Source: Methanobacteriota archaeon (GTDB lineage Archaea > Halobacteriota > Bog-38 > Methanoflorentales > Methanoflorentaceae). Taken from it: a DNA stretch of 64,000 nt. Positions within the stretch are counted from its first letter, which is position 1. Each line of letters opens with the position of its first letter. The position numbers and the translations under genes are program-made. Below are positions 22,765 through 37,240 of the stretch, piece after piece. The notes beneath the pieces were generated by a model that saw nothing but the letters and a program-made list of their open reading frames with translations, searched no databases and was not told the DNA's origin. The stretch spans positions 352,001 to 416,000 of the forward strand of contig CAVRAO010000002.1 of NCBI GenBank assembly GCA_963719035.1, in the 5' to 3' direction.

Positions 22765-22849
22765 TGGACTCGACGGGAATCGAACCCGTGGCATCCACGT
22801 ATTTCTCCTGAGATGCGAACGTGGCACTCTACCCCTGAGTTACGAGCCC
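22765..22849 (-). tRNA. tRNA-Ala (CGC) with 13-nt intron (22801-22813)
   Basis: GGGCTCG/CGAGTCC acceptor with G3.U70; CCACG TT CGC A [TCTCAGGAGAAAT] A CGTGG; GGTTCGATTCC. Confidence 0.92.
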
Positions 22850-22885
22850 TTACACCTGCAACTGATGTCGCACTTTAAATAATTT

Positions 22886-22927
22886 GGGACTTTCAGTTAG
22901 GTAAGCGGGACTTTCAGTTAGGTAAGC
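22886..22927. repeat. Perfect 21-bp tandem repeat GGGACTTTCAGTTAGGTAAGC x2
   Basis: Directly visible, between the tfb stop and the tRNA-Ala promoter. Confidence 0.95.
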
Positions 22928-22980
22928 AAGAAAACCCTCAATACACTGCTACTCTTGCAACGGAGTTAAAAAAGGCTGGA

Positions 22981-23979
22981 TCAGAATAAGATCTCAATAT
23001 CCAGTTCTTCTGCCAGTTCCTTGTAGCGGTTCCTTATCGTCACTTCAGTTACGCCAGCAACGTCAGCAACCTCTCGTTGCGTTCTCCTGTCACCACAAAT
23101 AACTGAAGCTATATAGATGGCCGCTGCAGCGACTCCCGTAGGACCTCTTCCGCTTGTCAACTCCTTTTCCGCAGCTTGCCTCAAGATTTCGACAGCTTTG
23201 GATTGGACCTCGCCCTTGAGTTTAAGACCTGAACAGAATCTCGGCACGTAGTCTATGGGTGACGTTGGAGTCAGTTTTAGATCTAGCTCACGTGAAATAA
23301 ATCTGTAAGTCCTGCCGATCTCTTTTCGACTTACTCTCGAAACCTCTGCAATTTCATCGAGAGTTCTTGGAACTGAACATTGACGACAAGCAGCGTATAA
23401 CGCGGCCGCTGCAACGCCTTCAATACTCCTTCCTCGAATAAGATTTTTATCGACTGCTTTGCGGTAAACAACGGCAGCAGTTTCCCGTACGTTTCTTGAT
23501 AACCCGAGCGCTGATGCCATTCGGTCAAGCTCAGATAAAGCAAATGCCAGATTTCGTTCTGTTGCGTTTGAAACACGGATTCGCCTTTGCCATTTGCGCA
23601 ACCTATATAATTGTGCTCTATTCTTCGACGAAATAGACCGGCCATATGAATCTCTATTTCGCCAGTCTATCATTGTTGATAATCCCTTGTCGTGAATAGT
23701 GTAGGTCATAGGAGCGCCTACGCGGCTCCTTTTCATTCGTTGATCGTGATCAAATGCTCTCCATTCTGGACCCATGTCCATAAAGTCTTCATCAATAACT
23801 AGCCCACATTTATCGCAGACAAGTTCCGCCCTTTCATAGTCTTGGACTAGCTGTCGTGAGCCGCATTCGGGACAAACAGCTTTCGATTCCTCATATTCTC
23901 CAAGCTCTTTTTGGCGCTCTTTTGCTACTTCCCGCGCTTTTGTGCGCTCTATTATTCTTTCCTTTTCCACTTCAACCAT
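22981..23979 (-). CDS. tfb: Transcription initiation factor IIB
   Basis: CPECG...CDKCG Zn ribbon, GPEWRAF, two cyclin repeats, [10 protein letters not shown]. Confidence 0.97.
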   Translation of the reverse strand: MVEVEKERIIERTKAREVAKERQKELGEYEESKAVCPECGSRQLVQDYERAELVCDKCGLVIDEDFMDMGPEWRAFDHDQRMKRSRVGAPMTYTIHDKGLSTMIDWRNRDSYGRSISSKNRAQLYRLRKWQRRIRVSNATERNLAFALSELDRMASALGLSRNVRETAAVVYRKAVDKNLIRGRSIEGVAAAALYAACRQCSVPRTLDEIAEVSRVSRKEIGRTYRFISRELDLKLTPTSPIDYVPRFCSGLKLKGEVQSKAVEILRQAAEKELTSGRGPTGVAAAAIYIASVICGDRRTQREVADVAGVTEVTIRNRYKELAEELDIEILF

Positions 23980-23994
23980 AATTCACCTTTGAGC

Positions 23995-24237
23995 TCAGAC
24001 GTAAACCTTTTCTCCAAGCAATTGTTGCAAGTCAGCAGGAGTAAGTTTTTTAGATGGCTTCACTGATATATAGGGTGATATTACTGGACCAAATACGTCA
24101 TGTACCTTGCCAATTTTTTTCATTCGCTTCGTTAATACCGCAGAATTAATCTTTGGAAACAAAGCCGCTCTAAGAATAATGTAGTCGTGATTCGAAACGT
24201 GAAGCACAATGCCTAACTTTCTCAACCCTGACCTCAA
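23995..24237 (-). CDS. gar1: H/ACA RNP protein Gar1
   Basis: IGKVHDVFGPVISPYISVKP; canonical position upstream of tfb. Confidence 0.85.
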   Translation of the reverse strand: MRSGLRKLGIVLHVSNHDYIILRAALFPKINSAVLTKRMKKIGKVHDVFGPVISPYISVKPSKKLTPADLQQLLGEKVYV

Positions 24238-24288
24238 GCGTTACATATATATATAGTTTCTGAAACTATTTAAAATTTTGGGAAAAAC

Positions 24289-24927
24289 TTATAAAATTTC
24301 ATTGAGAAGCGATTCTGCATTTTGATTGGTTGCTCTCTGCGCTTCTTCCTCGCTTAGACCAGCGCCTTTTGCAATTCTTATTGCGTCATCAGTCCCAATG
24401 AGCTCAGTCCCGTGACAATCGGTGTTTACCAACATTTTCGCGGCGATTTTTGCTACGTGTCCATTAGTAACGTTGTGACCACATCGTGCTGTGAGCTCGA
24501 GATAGATGCCGTTTTGACGTGCAAGCTCTGCATCTTCCTGACTAACAAAACCTGGATGTGCAATGATATTAACGTCAGCAAGAGCGGCGGCTGCTTTGTT
24601 TGTTCCAGGCGCTACCGGCTCCACAATTGTCTCACCATGTACGATGATAAGTTGCGCGCCTAACGCCTTAGCCTTCCGAACAAGCTTTGGAATTTTTTCA
24701 GGAACAACATGAGTGATTTCCGCTCCAACAAGCACTTCAATGCCGCTAGACCCCTCAGCTGCCCGCTTTGTCGAGCGTATCACTGAATCTATGTTAGAAA
24801 AGTCAACGTGATCTGTTATCGCTATTGCTTCATGATCTGCGACATATGCCCGCCGTATTAGTTCACTTGGAAGAAGCACACCATCGCTCAAAATGGTGTG
24901 CGTATGAAACTCTATTCGTTTAGTCAT
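24289..24927 (-). CDS. PHP-domain hydrolase (histidinol phosphate phosphatase domain)
   Basis: HTHTILSDG, ITDH, VHGET, AHPG, NTDCH. Confidence 0.88.
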   Translation of the reverse strand: MTKRIEFHTHTILSDGVLLPSELIRRAYVADHEAIAITDHVDFSNIDSVIRSTKRAAEGSSGIEVLVGAEITHVVPEKIPKLVRKAKALGAQLIIVHGETIVEPVAPGTNKAAAALADVNIIAHPGFVSQEDAELARQNGIYLELTARCGHNVTNGHVAKIAAKMLVNTDCHGTELIGTDDAIRIAKGAGLSEEEAQRATNQNAESLLNEIL

Positions 24928-24931
24928 GCAC

Positions 24932-25228
24932 TTAAGAGTCGTGCTGGGCTCGCATTGATTTTATTCTGCGCGCAATTTGCCTCATCGCATCTCGCTTACT
25001 ATCATCTAAGTCTATGAGCACCCGGCCTTTATACTCCCACCAAGACTTTGGGTACATCTTTTCATCTTCACAAGTCGGATTTAGTCCCAATTCCTTAGCT
25101 GCTCGCATGATTTCGTCTATGCCAGGCGCTCCTATTGAATCTTTCTTTGCTAGGATTCGGCCCTCTTTGCGCGTTTTATGCGCGTCCATGTATATGGGCC
25201 AAACAATTCTTTTTGAGTTCTTCGCCAT
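24932..25228 (-). CDS. srp19: Signal recognition particle protein SRP19
   Basis: VWPIYMD..KTRKEGR, YPKSWW..GRV. Confidence 0.92.
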   Translation of the reverse strand: MAKNSKRIVWPIYMDAHKTRKEGRILAKKDSIGAPGIDEIMRAAKELGLNPTCEDEKMYPKSWWEYKGRVLIDLDDSKRDAMRQIARRIKSMRAQHDS

Positions 25229-25288
25229 CGTATAATAGCCATCAATATAGTAGATATTTTAATATTGTCAAACCAGCCATTAAAACCT

Positions 25289-25948
25289 ATGCACAGGGTT
25301 GAGATAGAGGTGGGCCGCGATGTCCTTAAACGTAACAAAGAAGAAGCGACTAAAAACCTAGAGGTGTTAAGACAACACAACATTAAAGCATTCGATATCC
25401 TAGGATCAATCGGCTCAGGAAAGACGTCTATCATAGAAAAGGTCGTGCCGATATTACAGCATGAAGGGTGTCAAATTGGAGCAATTGCTGGTGATGTCGT
25501 CGGTGAAGATGATTTTCTTCGAATGAAAGCGCTGCACATTCCGGTGATTAACCTAAACACCGGAACAGAATGTCACCTCGATGCGCACATCGTCGGACAC
25601 GCTTTAACTAAATTGCCTCTCAAAGAATTGGACCTGCTTTTTATCGAGAACGTTGGTAATATGGTATGTCCAACAGATTTTGAACTTGGCACAGATGCAA
25701 GAATCGTCGTTGTAAGCGTCACCGAGGGAGATGACGTAGTGAATAAACACCCCATGATCTTTAGAGTAAGCGATATCGGAATTGTCAACAAGATCGACTT
25801 AGCTGAGGCAGTTGGAGCAAGCGTGACACGTATGCGTAGCGATATGAAGCGAATTGCCCCTCAAGTTGAACAGATACTAATGAGCGTTAGAACTGGACAG
25901 GGTATAAGAGAATTTGTCGACGATCTGCACAAATATATAATTTCTTAA
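25289..25948 (+). CDS. hypB: Hydrogenase nickel incorporation GTPase HypB
   Basis: GSIGSGKT, ECHLDA, ENVGNMVCP, SVTEGDD, NKID. Confidence 0.93.
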   Translation: MHRVEIEVGRDVLKRNKEEATKNLEVLRQHNIKAFDILGSIGSGKTSIIEKVVPILQHEGCQIGAIAGDVVGEDDFLRMKALHIPVINLNTGTECHLDAHIVGHALTKLPLKELDLLFIENVGNMVCPTDFELGTDARIVVVSVTEGDDVVNKHPMIFRVSDIGIVNKIDLAEAVGASVTRMRSDMKRIAPQVEQILMSVRTGQGIREFVDDLHKYIIS

Positions 25949-25954
25949 TACAAC

Positions 25955-26347
25955 TCACAGGGACTGTTCTTCGGCGACTAGAACGGCGTTAATGGATCCA
26001 TCTTGACCTGGCCTACTAGTAACCTTCGCCTTGCCTACTGTTGTTTGAATAATCGCACCTTTTGTTATGATGTTACGTCTGACGTAGTTTCTATTAGCAG
26101 CATTAAGTTCGACGGTTTCGATATCTGCGATACTTGTTTTGCCCGTCAAACCATCGGTCACATTAGCATGAGAACCTTTGTAAAGCCGTGTCTTTGAGTT
26201 ACTACCGAACCCAAAGATTTGCTTCTTTCTCGTTTCTCCAAGCTGAGTAAGCGTCGACTCTCTACCCATCTCGTGTTTTTTCTTACTAACAGAGTGCTTA
26301 ATTCTGCCCCCTGTACTGCGGCGCACGGACTTTCCTTGCCACTTCAT
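25955..26347 (-). CDS. rps8e: 30S ribosomal protein S8e
   Basis: WQGKSVRRSTGG, RRNIITKGA, TSRPGQDG. Confidence 0.96.
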   Translation of the reverse strand: MKWQGKSVRRSTGGRIKHSVSKKKHEMGRESTLTQLGETRKKQIFGFGSNSKTRLYKGSHANVTDGLTGKTSIADIETVELNAANRNYVRRNIITKGAIIQTTVGKAKVTSRPGQDGSINAVLVAEEQSL

Positions 26348-26634
26348 ATGTAAACAACCTGACTTGAATGATTGATAAGGGTTCTTATAAGAGATTTCTT
26401 ATTTCAAGCTTTCTGTGACTTCAAAAGGTTGATTAGCTACAACACTACAGGTGAAAAGCTTCGCCAAACGTGATTGATCTTGCAGGTTGTTTCGTTATTC
26501 AACTCCGCTTTCAAACCCCTGTCGCGTGCTATAACCTAATAACACCCCTGGTTGGTGGTGACAACCAACTCAATCTCACTTTCATAAAAGAAGAATTCAG
26601 CGGTGTTTTTAGCCGCTTAAGCGCAATTTTTTTT

Positions 26635-27603
26635 CTATGTGGGCACTGAGAGATTTCTTCGGCTCAACAACACAAATTCCGCTACGAGGGCTTCGAGTTG
26701 GATCGTCTCGTTAGCGCCCTCGCTAAGTCTGAAATCAGTCTCTCCAACACTGTTTATAAACTGAGCTTTTAACTGATCAGGGATGTTAAGATCTAAGAGT
26801 GCTTTGTGGATTTGCGCGACTATTTCCGTACCAGAAAGGCCTTGTTCTATAAGAAGCGAGTCCAACGACGACAGGGCGCTTGAGAGCTTGCCCTCAATGG
26901 ATGCGGTTAGAAGGTCTTCGATAGCTTGTGGATTGGCGATTGCAGTTATTTGATAGATCATTTCCCGATCGATCTCTTTTCTTGTGGAAGCTGCAGACTG
27001 TAATGTATTTATCGCGCGACGTAGATCTCCACCGGCTGCATAACTGATGGCTTTCAAAGCTTCATCGCTTATAGCGACGTGCTCTTCTTTAGATATGTAT
27101 CGTAGCTGTGATTGCACATCGTTCGGATCGAGGGGTGTAAATCTATAAACGGCGCATCTGGACTGTATTGGTTCAATGATTTTATTGGAATAGTTACACG
27201 ACAAGATGAATCTACACGACATGCTGTAACTTTCCATTGTTCGCCTCAAAGCCGACTGTGCGTCTGGCGTGAGCGAATCAGCCTCATCCAAGAAAATAAT
27301 TTTGAAAGGAGCATTCACGGGAGCTGTTCTGGCAAAATTTTTAATTTTGTTACGAACAACTTCTATACCTCGTTCATCAGAAGCATTTAGTTCAGTGAAA
27401 TTGCTTTGCCATTCACCTTCGTAAAGTTCGTGAGCCAAAGCGATTGCTGCGCTGGTTTTTCCCGTCCCCGCAGCCCCTGCAAACATTAAATGCGGCAGGT
27501 TCTTTAGTTTAACATAGGCTTCAAGTCTCTTCACGACGTGATCTTGTCCAATAACTTGTTTGAGCTTACGAGGACGGTATTTCTCAATCCATATTTCTTC
27601 TAT
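26635..27603 (-). CDS. rfcS: Replication factor C small subunit (start apparently ATA at 27603)
   Basis: EEIWIEKYRP extends upstream of the listed ORF; GTGKT, ELNASDERG, LDEAD, IQSRC. Confidence 0.93.
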   Translation of the reverse strand: MEEIWIEKYRPRKLKQVIGQDHVVKRLEAYVKLKNLPHLMFAGAAGTGKTSAAIALAHELYEGEWQSNFTELNASDERGIEVVRNKIKNFARTAPVNAPFKIIFLDEADSLTPDAQSALRRTMESYSMSCRFILSCNYSNKIIEPIQSRCAVYRFTPLDPNDVQSQLRYISKEEHVAISDEALKAISYAAGGDLRRAINTLQSAASTRKEIDREMIYQITAIANPQAIEDLLTASIEGKLSSALSSLDSLLIEQGLSGTEIVAQIHKALLDLNIPDQLKAQFINSVGETDFRLSEGANETIQLEALVAEFVLLSRRNLSVPT

Positions 27604-27623
27604 ATCGATCGCCTCTATTCCCG

Positions 27624-28025
27624 CTACGACTTGTCAGAGGGCACAGCGCAATAACGCATTTGGCTAATAATCTGCGATTGCTGGCTCATAAAATCAGCAA
27701 TATCGAAAATCCCGGTGACATCAACAACCCCAATGGCGGCTATTGCGGAACCTGCGCTATCTCGAATTGGGGCGACAATAACCGGCACATTTGCGTAGTC
27801 CCCCACCTCAGGTCGCGTCTTTATCACTTGGTTCTCAACGAGTACTCTCTCGAGTATCGGCCCAGTATAGCTCCGACTTTTTACTGCGCCTTCTTCAACT
27901 TGGACGCCAAGATTGTTCCTGCTGCGTACAGTTACTGGCAAACCACTTAATACAGCGTGAACCGCTAGTGCAATCGGGACCAAATCGCCGCTCGTGCTGT
28001 CTGCGGTAAGCTTAAATTCTTCCAC
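27624..28025 (-). CDS. DUF2111 family protein
   Basis: LPVTVRS...GVQVE.G...YTGPILE, PVIVAPI, AAIGVVD. Confidence 0.75.
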   Translation of the reverse strand: MEEFKLTADSTSGDLVPIALAVHAVLSGLPVTVRSRNNLGVQVEEGAVKSRSYTGPILERVLVENQVIKTRPEVGDYANVPVIVAPIRDSAGSAIAAIGVVDVTGIFDIADFMSQQSQIISQMRYCAVPSDKS

Positions 28026-28226
28026 TACACTCCCCTCATTTTACACAACCGCTACAACAAATAAAGGATTGATGGTGCAACAATTGTAAGTTTATGCGCG
28101 AAGGCGCGATTTTTATCTCTTCTGTAACAAATGACGCCCTAGACCATCCGTTTTTAGTCTTTTTATTTCATTTCCAAAAACGTGATTGAGTCCCAGTAAT
28201 CTTCCCTGGTGTTCTCCTTTCGTTAG

Positions 28227-29343
28227 TCATTCCACGCGTTCAAACCTGTCCTCAAGCCTCCTGAGCACTTTAGGGAGCGTCGTATACTCCATATCCTGAA
28301 GTGGGAGCCGATGTGGTTCAAAAGGTCCGTGTCGCCTCATGTAGTTCGCAATCACATTTGCCTCATCGCGCGCTGCGTCATATCCAGGATCGTTGAATAG
28401 GTCCACAGGGCCAACAAACTTCCCGTTGGCTATCTGAAATCCAGCTGCGACAACACGCGGAGGACCATCAAAGCGAGTGCACTTAGCGTTTTCAAAGGCG
28501 ACTGGCATGACCGGGCCATTATGACTGCCTCGCATCCATCCACTAACAAGGTGAGGGAACGTCCATGGCTCGATAACCTCGCCGAGGGCTGGCAATCCAG
28601 ACTGAGACCGCACGAGCGCTACTGGGTCGTCCTTACCTACGTATTCGCCTGCGATTTCATACAGCTTCTCGGTACTTACAGCTGCGACTGGCTCGTCGGA
28701 CGGCAATTTGCCTCCCTCTTTTGGAAACACCCGCTTTATGACGTATCTACTTTTGGCGCCGATAAGGGCCAACATGTCATACATCTCGGCGGGACAATCC
28801 ATAAAGACGCGCATATGGTCTCTAATGTCCCATATCTCGAACGTGAAACCACCGTGCATGCTTGGATCAATCACCAATCCGGCCGTGTTGAACGGGTCAG
28901 CAAACATCTTAAAAACCGGAAGATTGAAAGCACCAGGTTCGGTCTTGTCCATCATGAATGCGACAAGGGGCTCTCCTATTCGTTCTGTGAACTCAATTTC
29001 CGTGGCACCTGGGCCCATTCCGCGTATGTTTCCTGAAAACGAGTCCTTCAACATGTCTTGGCCCGCGCCATATAGCTTCAAGACCTTAGCAACTGCCGTG
29101 CACTCAGTAAAGATCTTCCAAGCGAGTCCGTGGATTTCTGGGTCGTTATCGCCTTTGGCGTGCCCCATAAGGAGCTCGAGGTCATCGCCACACGCCATAA
29201 CCCTGAAATCAGCAACCAAGCCGGTCTGCATTGCTTCGCTGAGAAGCTCTTCTGCTTTTTCGCAGAGCTGAGGGTGTACAGGTCGCGTGTCCTGGAAACC
29301 CGCCAACATCTGCTTTTATTAAACTTATTGTTACCTTAGTCAT
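28227..29343 (-). CDS. fbp: Bifunctional fructose-1,6-bisphosphate aldolase/phosphatase; +1 frameshift near 29281
   Basis: MTKVTISLIKADVGGFPGH in one frame, then VHPQLC...GDD, YGAGQD, DKTEPG, YVGKDDP, MRGSHNGP, HRLP in the next. Confidence 0.93.
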
Positions 29344-29567
29344 ACCTGACCACCGATACTGATCTAAATTACTCAGTTATGCTAAATACTCATCGGCATA
29401 TTTAAGATTCGCGAAAATAAAAGTGGTTTGTTATTCGTCTGAAGCGCCTTAGTGTAGGCAAGGAAAGGTTTAAATTAAGGTAACCTATATAAGGAACGGT
29501 GAGGTTTGCCTATCTCTAATTGTAAAAAAGTTGTTAATAAGTTAGAGGACTGTATCGAACTATTTAG

Positions 29568-29661
29568 GGGCTCGTAGCTCAGTTAGGCAGAGCACCTGGC
29601 TTTTAACCGAGATCTTAGGAGAGATACCAGGCGGTCAGGGGTTCAAATCCCTTCGAGCCCG
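29568..29661 (+). tRNA. tRNA-Lys (TTT) with 20-nt intron (29606-29625)
   Basis: GGGCTCG/CGAGCCC; CCTGG CT TTT A [ACCGAGATCTTAGGAGAGAT] A CCAGG; BHB helix CUUU/AGAG; GGTTCAAATCC. Confidence 0.94.
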
Positions 29662-29791
29662 CCTTCTCTACCAGCCAATCGACAGACGCAGCAAATCTCT
29701 AAATGTCAACAGACGAAGATTATCGCTCAGTTATTGATGAATTTCGGAAATAAATTCATCGTCGTAATTGTGGAGACTGTTTGGGGGGCGC

Positions 29792-30040
29792 ATGAAAAAC
29801 CTAAACGTTCTAGAGCATGAGATGGTGCCAGAGCACACAATCATGTTAGAAGAAGAAGTGAACGAGTTGCTGGCTCGATATGGCATCGAACTCAAGCAAC
29901 TACCTAAAATGTTGGTAACCGATCCTGCGTGCAAAATAGTTGGTGCGCAAAAAGACAACGTCATAAAAATAAGACGCCGCAGTTTAACGGCAGACGAAGC
30001 CGTTTCATACCGTCTTGTTATCGACACGAAGATGGGGTGA
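29792..30040 (+). CDS. rpoH: RNA polymerase subunit H (Rpo5)
   Basis: HEMVPEH, QLPKM..TDP, KIRRRS. Confidence 0.95.
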   Translation: MKNLNVLEHEMVPEHTIMLEEEVNELLARYGIELKQLPKMLVTDPACKIVGAQKDNVIKIRRRSLTADEAVSYRLVIDTKMG

Positions 30041-30044
30041 TAAT

Positions 30045-31601
30045 TTGATAGATAGACAGGTTATCTCAAGAAGCTATTTTACAAGAGACAAAATCGCTCA
30101 ACATCATATCAATTCTTTTAACGATTTCATAGAACGAGGGCTCCAGAAGATTATTGACGAGCAGGCAGTGATTGAAACTGACGTTCCAGGCCTACTTGTG
30201 AAGCTAGGGCGGATTCGAGTTGACACCCCAAAAGTGCGCGAAGCAGACGGCTCACTCGAAGAGCTTTACCCTACTGAAGCACGGCTTCGAAATATTACAT
30301 ATGCTGCTCCAATTTTTCTTGAAATGACGCTTCTACAAGGCGAAACCGAAAAAGAGCCAGAAGAGGTAGAAGTTGGATTAATGCCGATTATGGTGGGCTC
30401 CACCGCGTGCAATTTTTCAAAGCTCTCCGAAGGTCAGATGGTGAAACTAGGAGAAGATCCAGCAGATCCTGGGGGATATTTCATTGTAAGCGGCTCCGAG
30501 CGAGTAATAATCACCCTCGAGGATCTCGCACCGAACAAAATCTTCTCAGAGTATGACGAGCGCTACGGAGGACGAATAGAAGTCGCCAAGGTTTTTTCGC
30601 AGCGCCGGGGCTACAAAGCTCTAGTTATGGTGGAAAGGGGGCGTGATTCGATTTTAGAGGTGTCATTCCCTTCAGTTTCTGGACGAATTAACTATGTTAT
30701 GCTGGTCAGGGCGCTTGGTCTGGTGACCGACCAAGACATCGTCCAGTCCGTGTCTAATGATCCAGAAATTATCAAATTCATGCTGGAGAATATTGAAGAG
30801 GCTGAAGACTTCACCCAAGACGAAGGAGAGTCACTTGATGAGCTACACCAGAAGATTCAGGAAGCGGCAATGAAAAAGCTCGGAGAGAAGGTCGCTGCTG
30901 GTCAAGCTACTGAGTATCAAGCAAAGAGGTCTAACTATGTGGTCGATCGCTATCTCCTACCTCATCTCAACGACCCACTCCTCTCCGAGGACGAAACGCG
31001 GCTAGTCAAAGCACACTTTCTTGGAAGAATGGCAGAAGCCTGTTTCAAGCTAGCTCTGCGCAAACGCGGGGAAGACGATAAAGACCACTACGCAAACAAA
31101 CGCTTAAAACTAGCTGGCGACCTAATGGAAGATCTGTTTCGCGTGTCATTTAGTCGACTTACGAGAGATATAAAATATCAACTCGAGCGCGCAGATATGA
31201 GAAACCGCGAGCTCAACGTATTGACTGCAGTAAGGGCCGACGTGCTAACAGAGAGGCTCACCCACCCCCTTGCAACGGGAAATTGGGTCGGAGGGAGAAC
31301 AGGCGTGTCGCAATTACTCGATCGTACTGACTACATGGCTATGCTTTCGCATTTGAGAAGAGTTATTTCACCGTTATCTCGCGCGCAACCTCATTTTGAA
31401 GCCCGTGACCTGCATCCGACCCAATGGGGCCGCATTTGCCCAAGCGAGACGCCTGAAGGACCGAACTGTGGGCTCGTCAAGAATTTTGCCCAGCAGGTCG
31501 AACTTTCGACCGCTTTGGAAGACGAAACTACTGTCCTGTCAACCCTAAAAGAACTTGGCTACACGCCTATTGGACGTGAAATCGTGCCGGAGGTGAGATA
31601 A
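30045..31601 (+). CDS. rpoB2: RNA polymerase subunit B''
   Basis: [41 protein letters not shown]; TTG start at 30045. Confidence 0.96.
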   Translation: MIDRQVISRSYFTRDKIAQHHINSFNDFIERGLQKIIDEQAVIETDVPGLLVKLGRIRVDTPKVREADGSLEELYPTEARLRNITYAAPIFLEMTLLQGETEKEPEEVEVGLMPIMVGSTACNFSKLSEGQMVKLGEDPADPGGYFIVSGSERVIITLEDLAPNKIFSEYDERYGGRIEVAKVFSQRRGYKALVMVERGRDSILEVSFPSVSGRINYVMLVRALGLVTDQDIVQSVSNDPEIIKFMLENIEEAEDFTQDEGESLDELHQKIQEAAMKKLGEKVAAGQATEYQAKRSNYVVDRYLLPHLNDPLLSEDETRLVKAHFLGRMAEACFKLALRKRGEDDKDHYANKRLKLAGDLMEDLFRVSFSRLTRDIKYQLERADMRNRELNVLTAVRADVLTERLTHPLATGNWVGGRTGVSQLLDRTDYMAMLSHLRRVISPLSRAQPHFEARDLHPTQWGRICPSETPEGPNCGLVKNFAQQVELSTALEDETTVLSTLKELGYTPIGREIVPEVR

Positions 31602-33418
31602 TGGTAGAGGTCCGGATTTTCGTTGATGGCGCCTTAAAGGGAACACATAGCGATGCAAGACAATTTGTTGACCAGTTTCGAACAAAAAGAAGACGTGGAG
31701 AGCTTCCGCATTTAATAAATATCGCGTTTCACGAAGATACGAATGAGGTCAATATTAATACTGATTCTGGGAGAGCACGAAGACCACTCATCATCGTCGA
31801 GGCAGGAGCGCCACTAATTACTGAAGACCATATAAACAAGCTTGAAAGCGGAGAGCTGGTATTCGACGATCTAATAAGCAACGGGTTGATTGAATACATC
31901 GACGCCGAAGAGGAAGAGAACATCTATGTTGCCGTAACGCCAGAGGACCTCACTACTGAACACACCCATCTTGAGATCGATCCATCACTCATCTTAGGAA
32001 TCGCGACAGGACTGGTTCCCTACCCAGAGCATAATGCATCGCCTCGCAACACTATGGGTGCCGGCATGGTTAAGCAGACGTTAGGCGCCTCGTGCGCGAA
32101 CTGGAAGCTGAGACCAGATACTCGATCACATTATCTCCATTATCCACAACTTGGCCTCGTAAAAACAAACGCTATGGAGACGGTGGGCTTTGACGACAGG
32201 CTTTCTGGACAGAACTTCGTAGTAGCAGTTCAATCCTTTGAAGGTTACAACATCGAAGATGCGCTCATCATTAACAAGAGCTCAATTGAGCGTGGACTCG
32301 GCAGAAGCCACTTTTTCCGCACTTACGAAGCAGAGGAACGTCGATATCCAGGAGGACAAGAAGACAAATTTGAGATACCCGATGCAGAAGTTCGAGGGGC
32401 GCGCGGCCCCGAAGTGTACGCAAACTTGGATGAAGATGGATTTGTGAATCCAGAAGCTGTAGTTCAACCCAACGATGTGCTGGTAGGAAAGACTAGTCCC
32501 CCAAGATTTCTTGAAGAGCCTACCGAACTTGGAGGCATAAGCACCCAAAAAAGGCGTGAGACGTCGGTTACGATGCGTTCAAACGAGAGTGGTGTTGTGG
32601 ACGCAGTAATCATTACAGAAGGCGAAAACGGATCGAGACTAGTTAAAGTCAGAACGAGAGATCAACGTGTGCCAGAATTAGGAGATAAGTTTGCTTCGAG
32701 ACACGGACAAAAAGGTGTAATCGGGCTTATTGTCCCACAGGAAGACATGCCATTTTCAGAAGAGGGCATCGTGCCTGACTTAATCATCAATCCTCACGCG
32801 ATCCCGTCGAGAATGACAGTCGGCCACGTCTTAGAAATGATAGGCGGGAAAGTCGGCAGTCTCGAAGGGAGGCGCATTGACGGAACCGCGTTTTCCGGTG
32901 AACCCGAAGTAACACTTAGAGAAGCTTTGCGACGAAACGGTTTCTCACATACCGGAAAGGAAGTCTTATACGACGGGATTACGGGGGAAAGATTGGCAGC
33001 TGATATGTTCGTCGGAGTGATCCTGTACCAGAAGCTGCACCACATGGTGTCAGAAAAACTGCATGCGCGGTCGCGTGGACCTGTCCAAGTACTAACACAT
33101 CAGCCTACAGAAGGCCGAGCACGCGAAGGAGGACTACGGTTCGGCGAAATGGAACGTGACGTCATGATCGGCCACGGCGCAGCTCTAGCGCTAAAAGAGC
33201 GACTTGTCGACGAATCAGACAAAGTTGAGGAGTATGTATGCACAGCGTGCGGAATGATCGCGACATTTGACAAACGCCGTAATGTGGTCTATTGTCCAAA
33301 TTGCGGGGCAGATACTGACATCTATAAAGTTGAAATGAGCTATGCCTTCAAATTACTGTTGGATGAAATGAAAGCCCTTGGTATTGCTCCACGCATCGAA
33401 CTTGAAGACGCTGTATAG
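31601..33418 (+). CDS. rpoB1: RNA polymerase subunit B'
   Basis: [37 protein letters not shown]. Confidence 0.97.
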   Translation: MVEVRIFVDGALKGTHSDARQFVDQFRTKRRRGELPHLINIAFHEDTNEVNINTDSGRARRPLIIVEAGAPLITEDHINKLESGELVFDDLISNGLIEYIDAEEEENIYVAVTPEDLTTEHTHLEIDPSLILGIATGLVPYPEHNASPRNTMGAGMVKQTLGASCANWKLRPDTRSHYLHYPQLGLVKTNAMETVGFDDRLSGQNFVVAVQSFEGYNIEDALIINKSSIERGLGRSHFFRTYEAEERRYPGGQEDKFEIPDAEVRGARGPEVYANLDEDGFVNPEAVVQPNDVLVGKTSPPRFLEEPTELGGISTQKRRETSVTMRSNESGVVDAVIITEGENGSRLVKVRTRDQRVPELGDKFASRHGQKGVIGLIVPQEDMPFSEEGIVPDLIINPHAIPSRMTVGHVLEMIGGKVGSLEGRRIDGTAFSGEPEVTLREALRRNGFSHTGKEVLYDGITGERLAADMFVGVILYQKLHHMVSEKLHARSRGPVQVLTHQPTEGRAREGGLRFGEMERDVMIGHGAALALKERLVDESDKVEEYVCTACGMIATFDKRRNVVYCPNCGADTDIYKVEMSYAFKLLLDEMKALGIAPRIELEDAV

Positions 33419-33431
33419 TTAAGAGGACTCT

Positions 33432-37226
<3,795 letters not shown>

Positions 37227-37240
37227 ATTCTGAGGAAAAA

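Noticed and set aside
20501-22927. CRISPR interpretation of the tandem repeats
   Set aside because: No spacers, only two copies each, and no cas genes
26348-26634. Possible SRP RNA or other ncRNA near rps8e; hairpins GTTGGT-N7-ACCAAC and AGCGG-N9-CCGCT
   Set aside because: No SRP consensus; such short hairpins can arise by chance or act as terminators
28521-29271. Long antisense ORFs over fbp, and similar ones over the rpo and EF genes
   Set aside because: Shadow frames of strongly conserved genes
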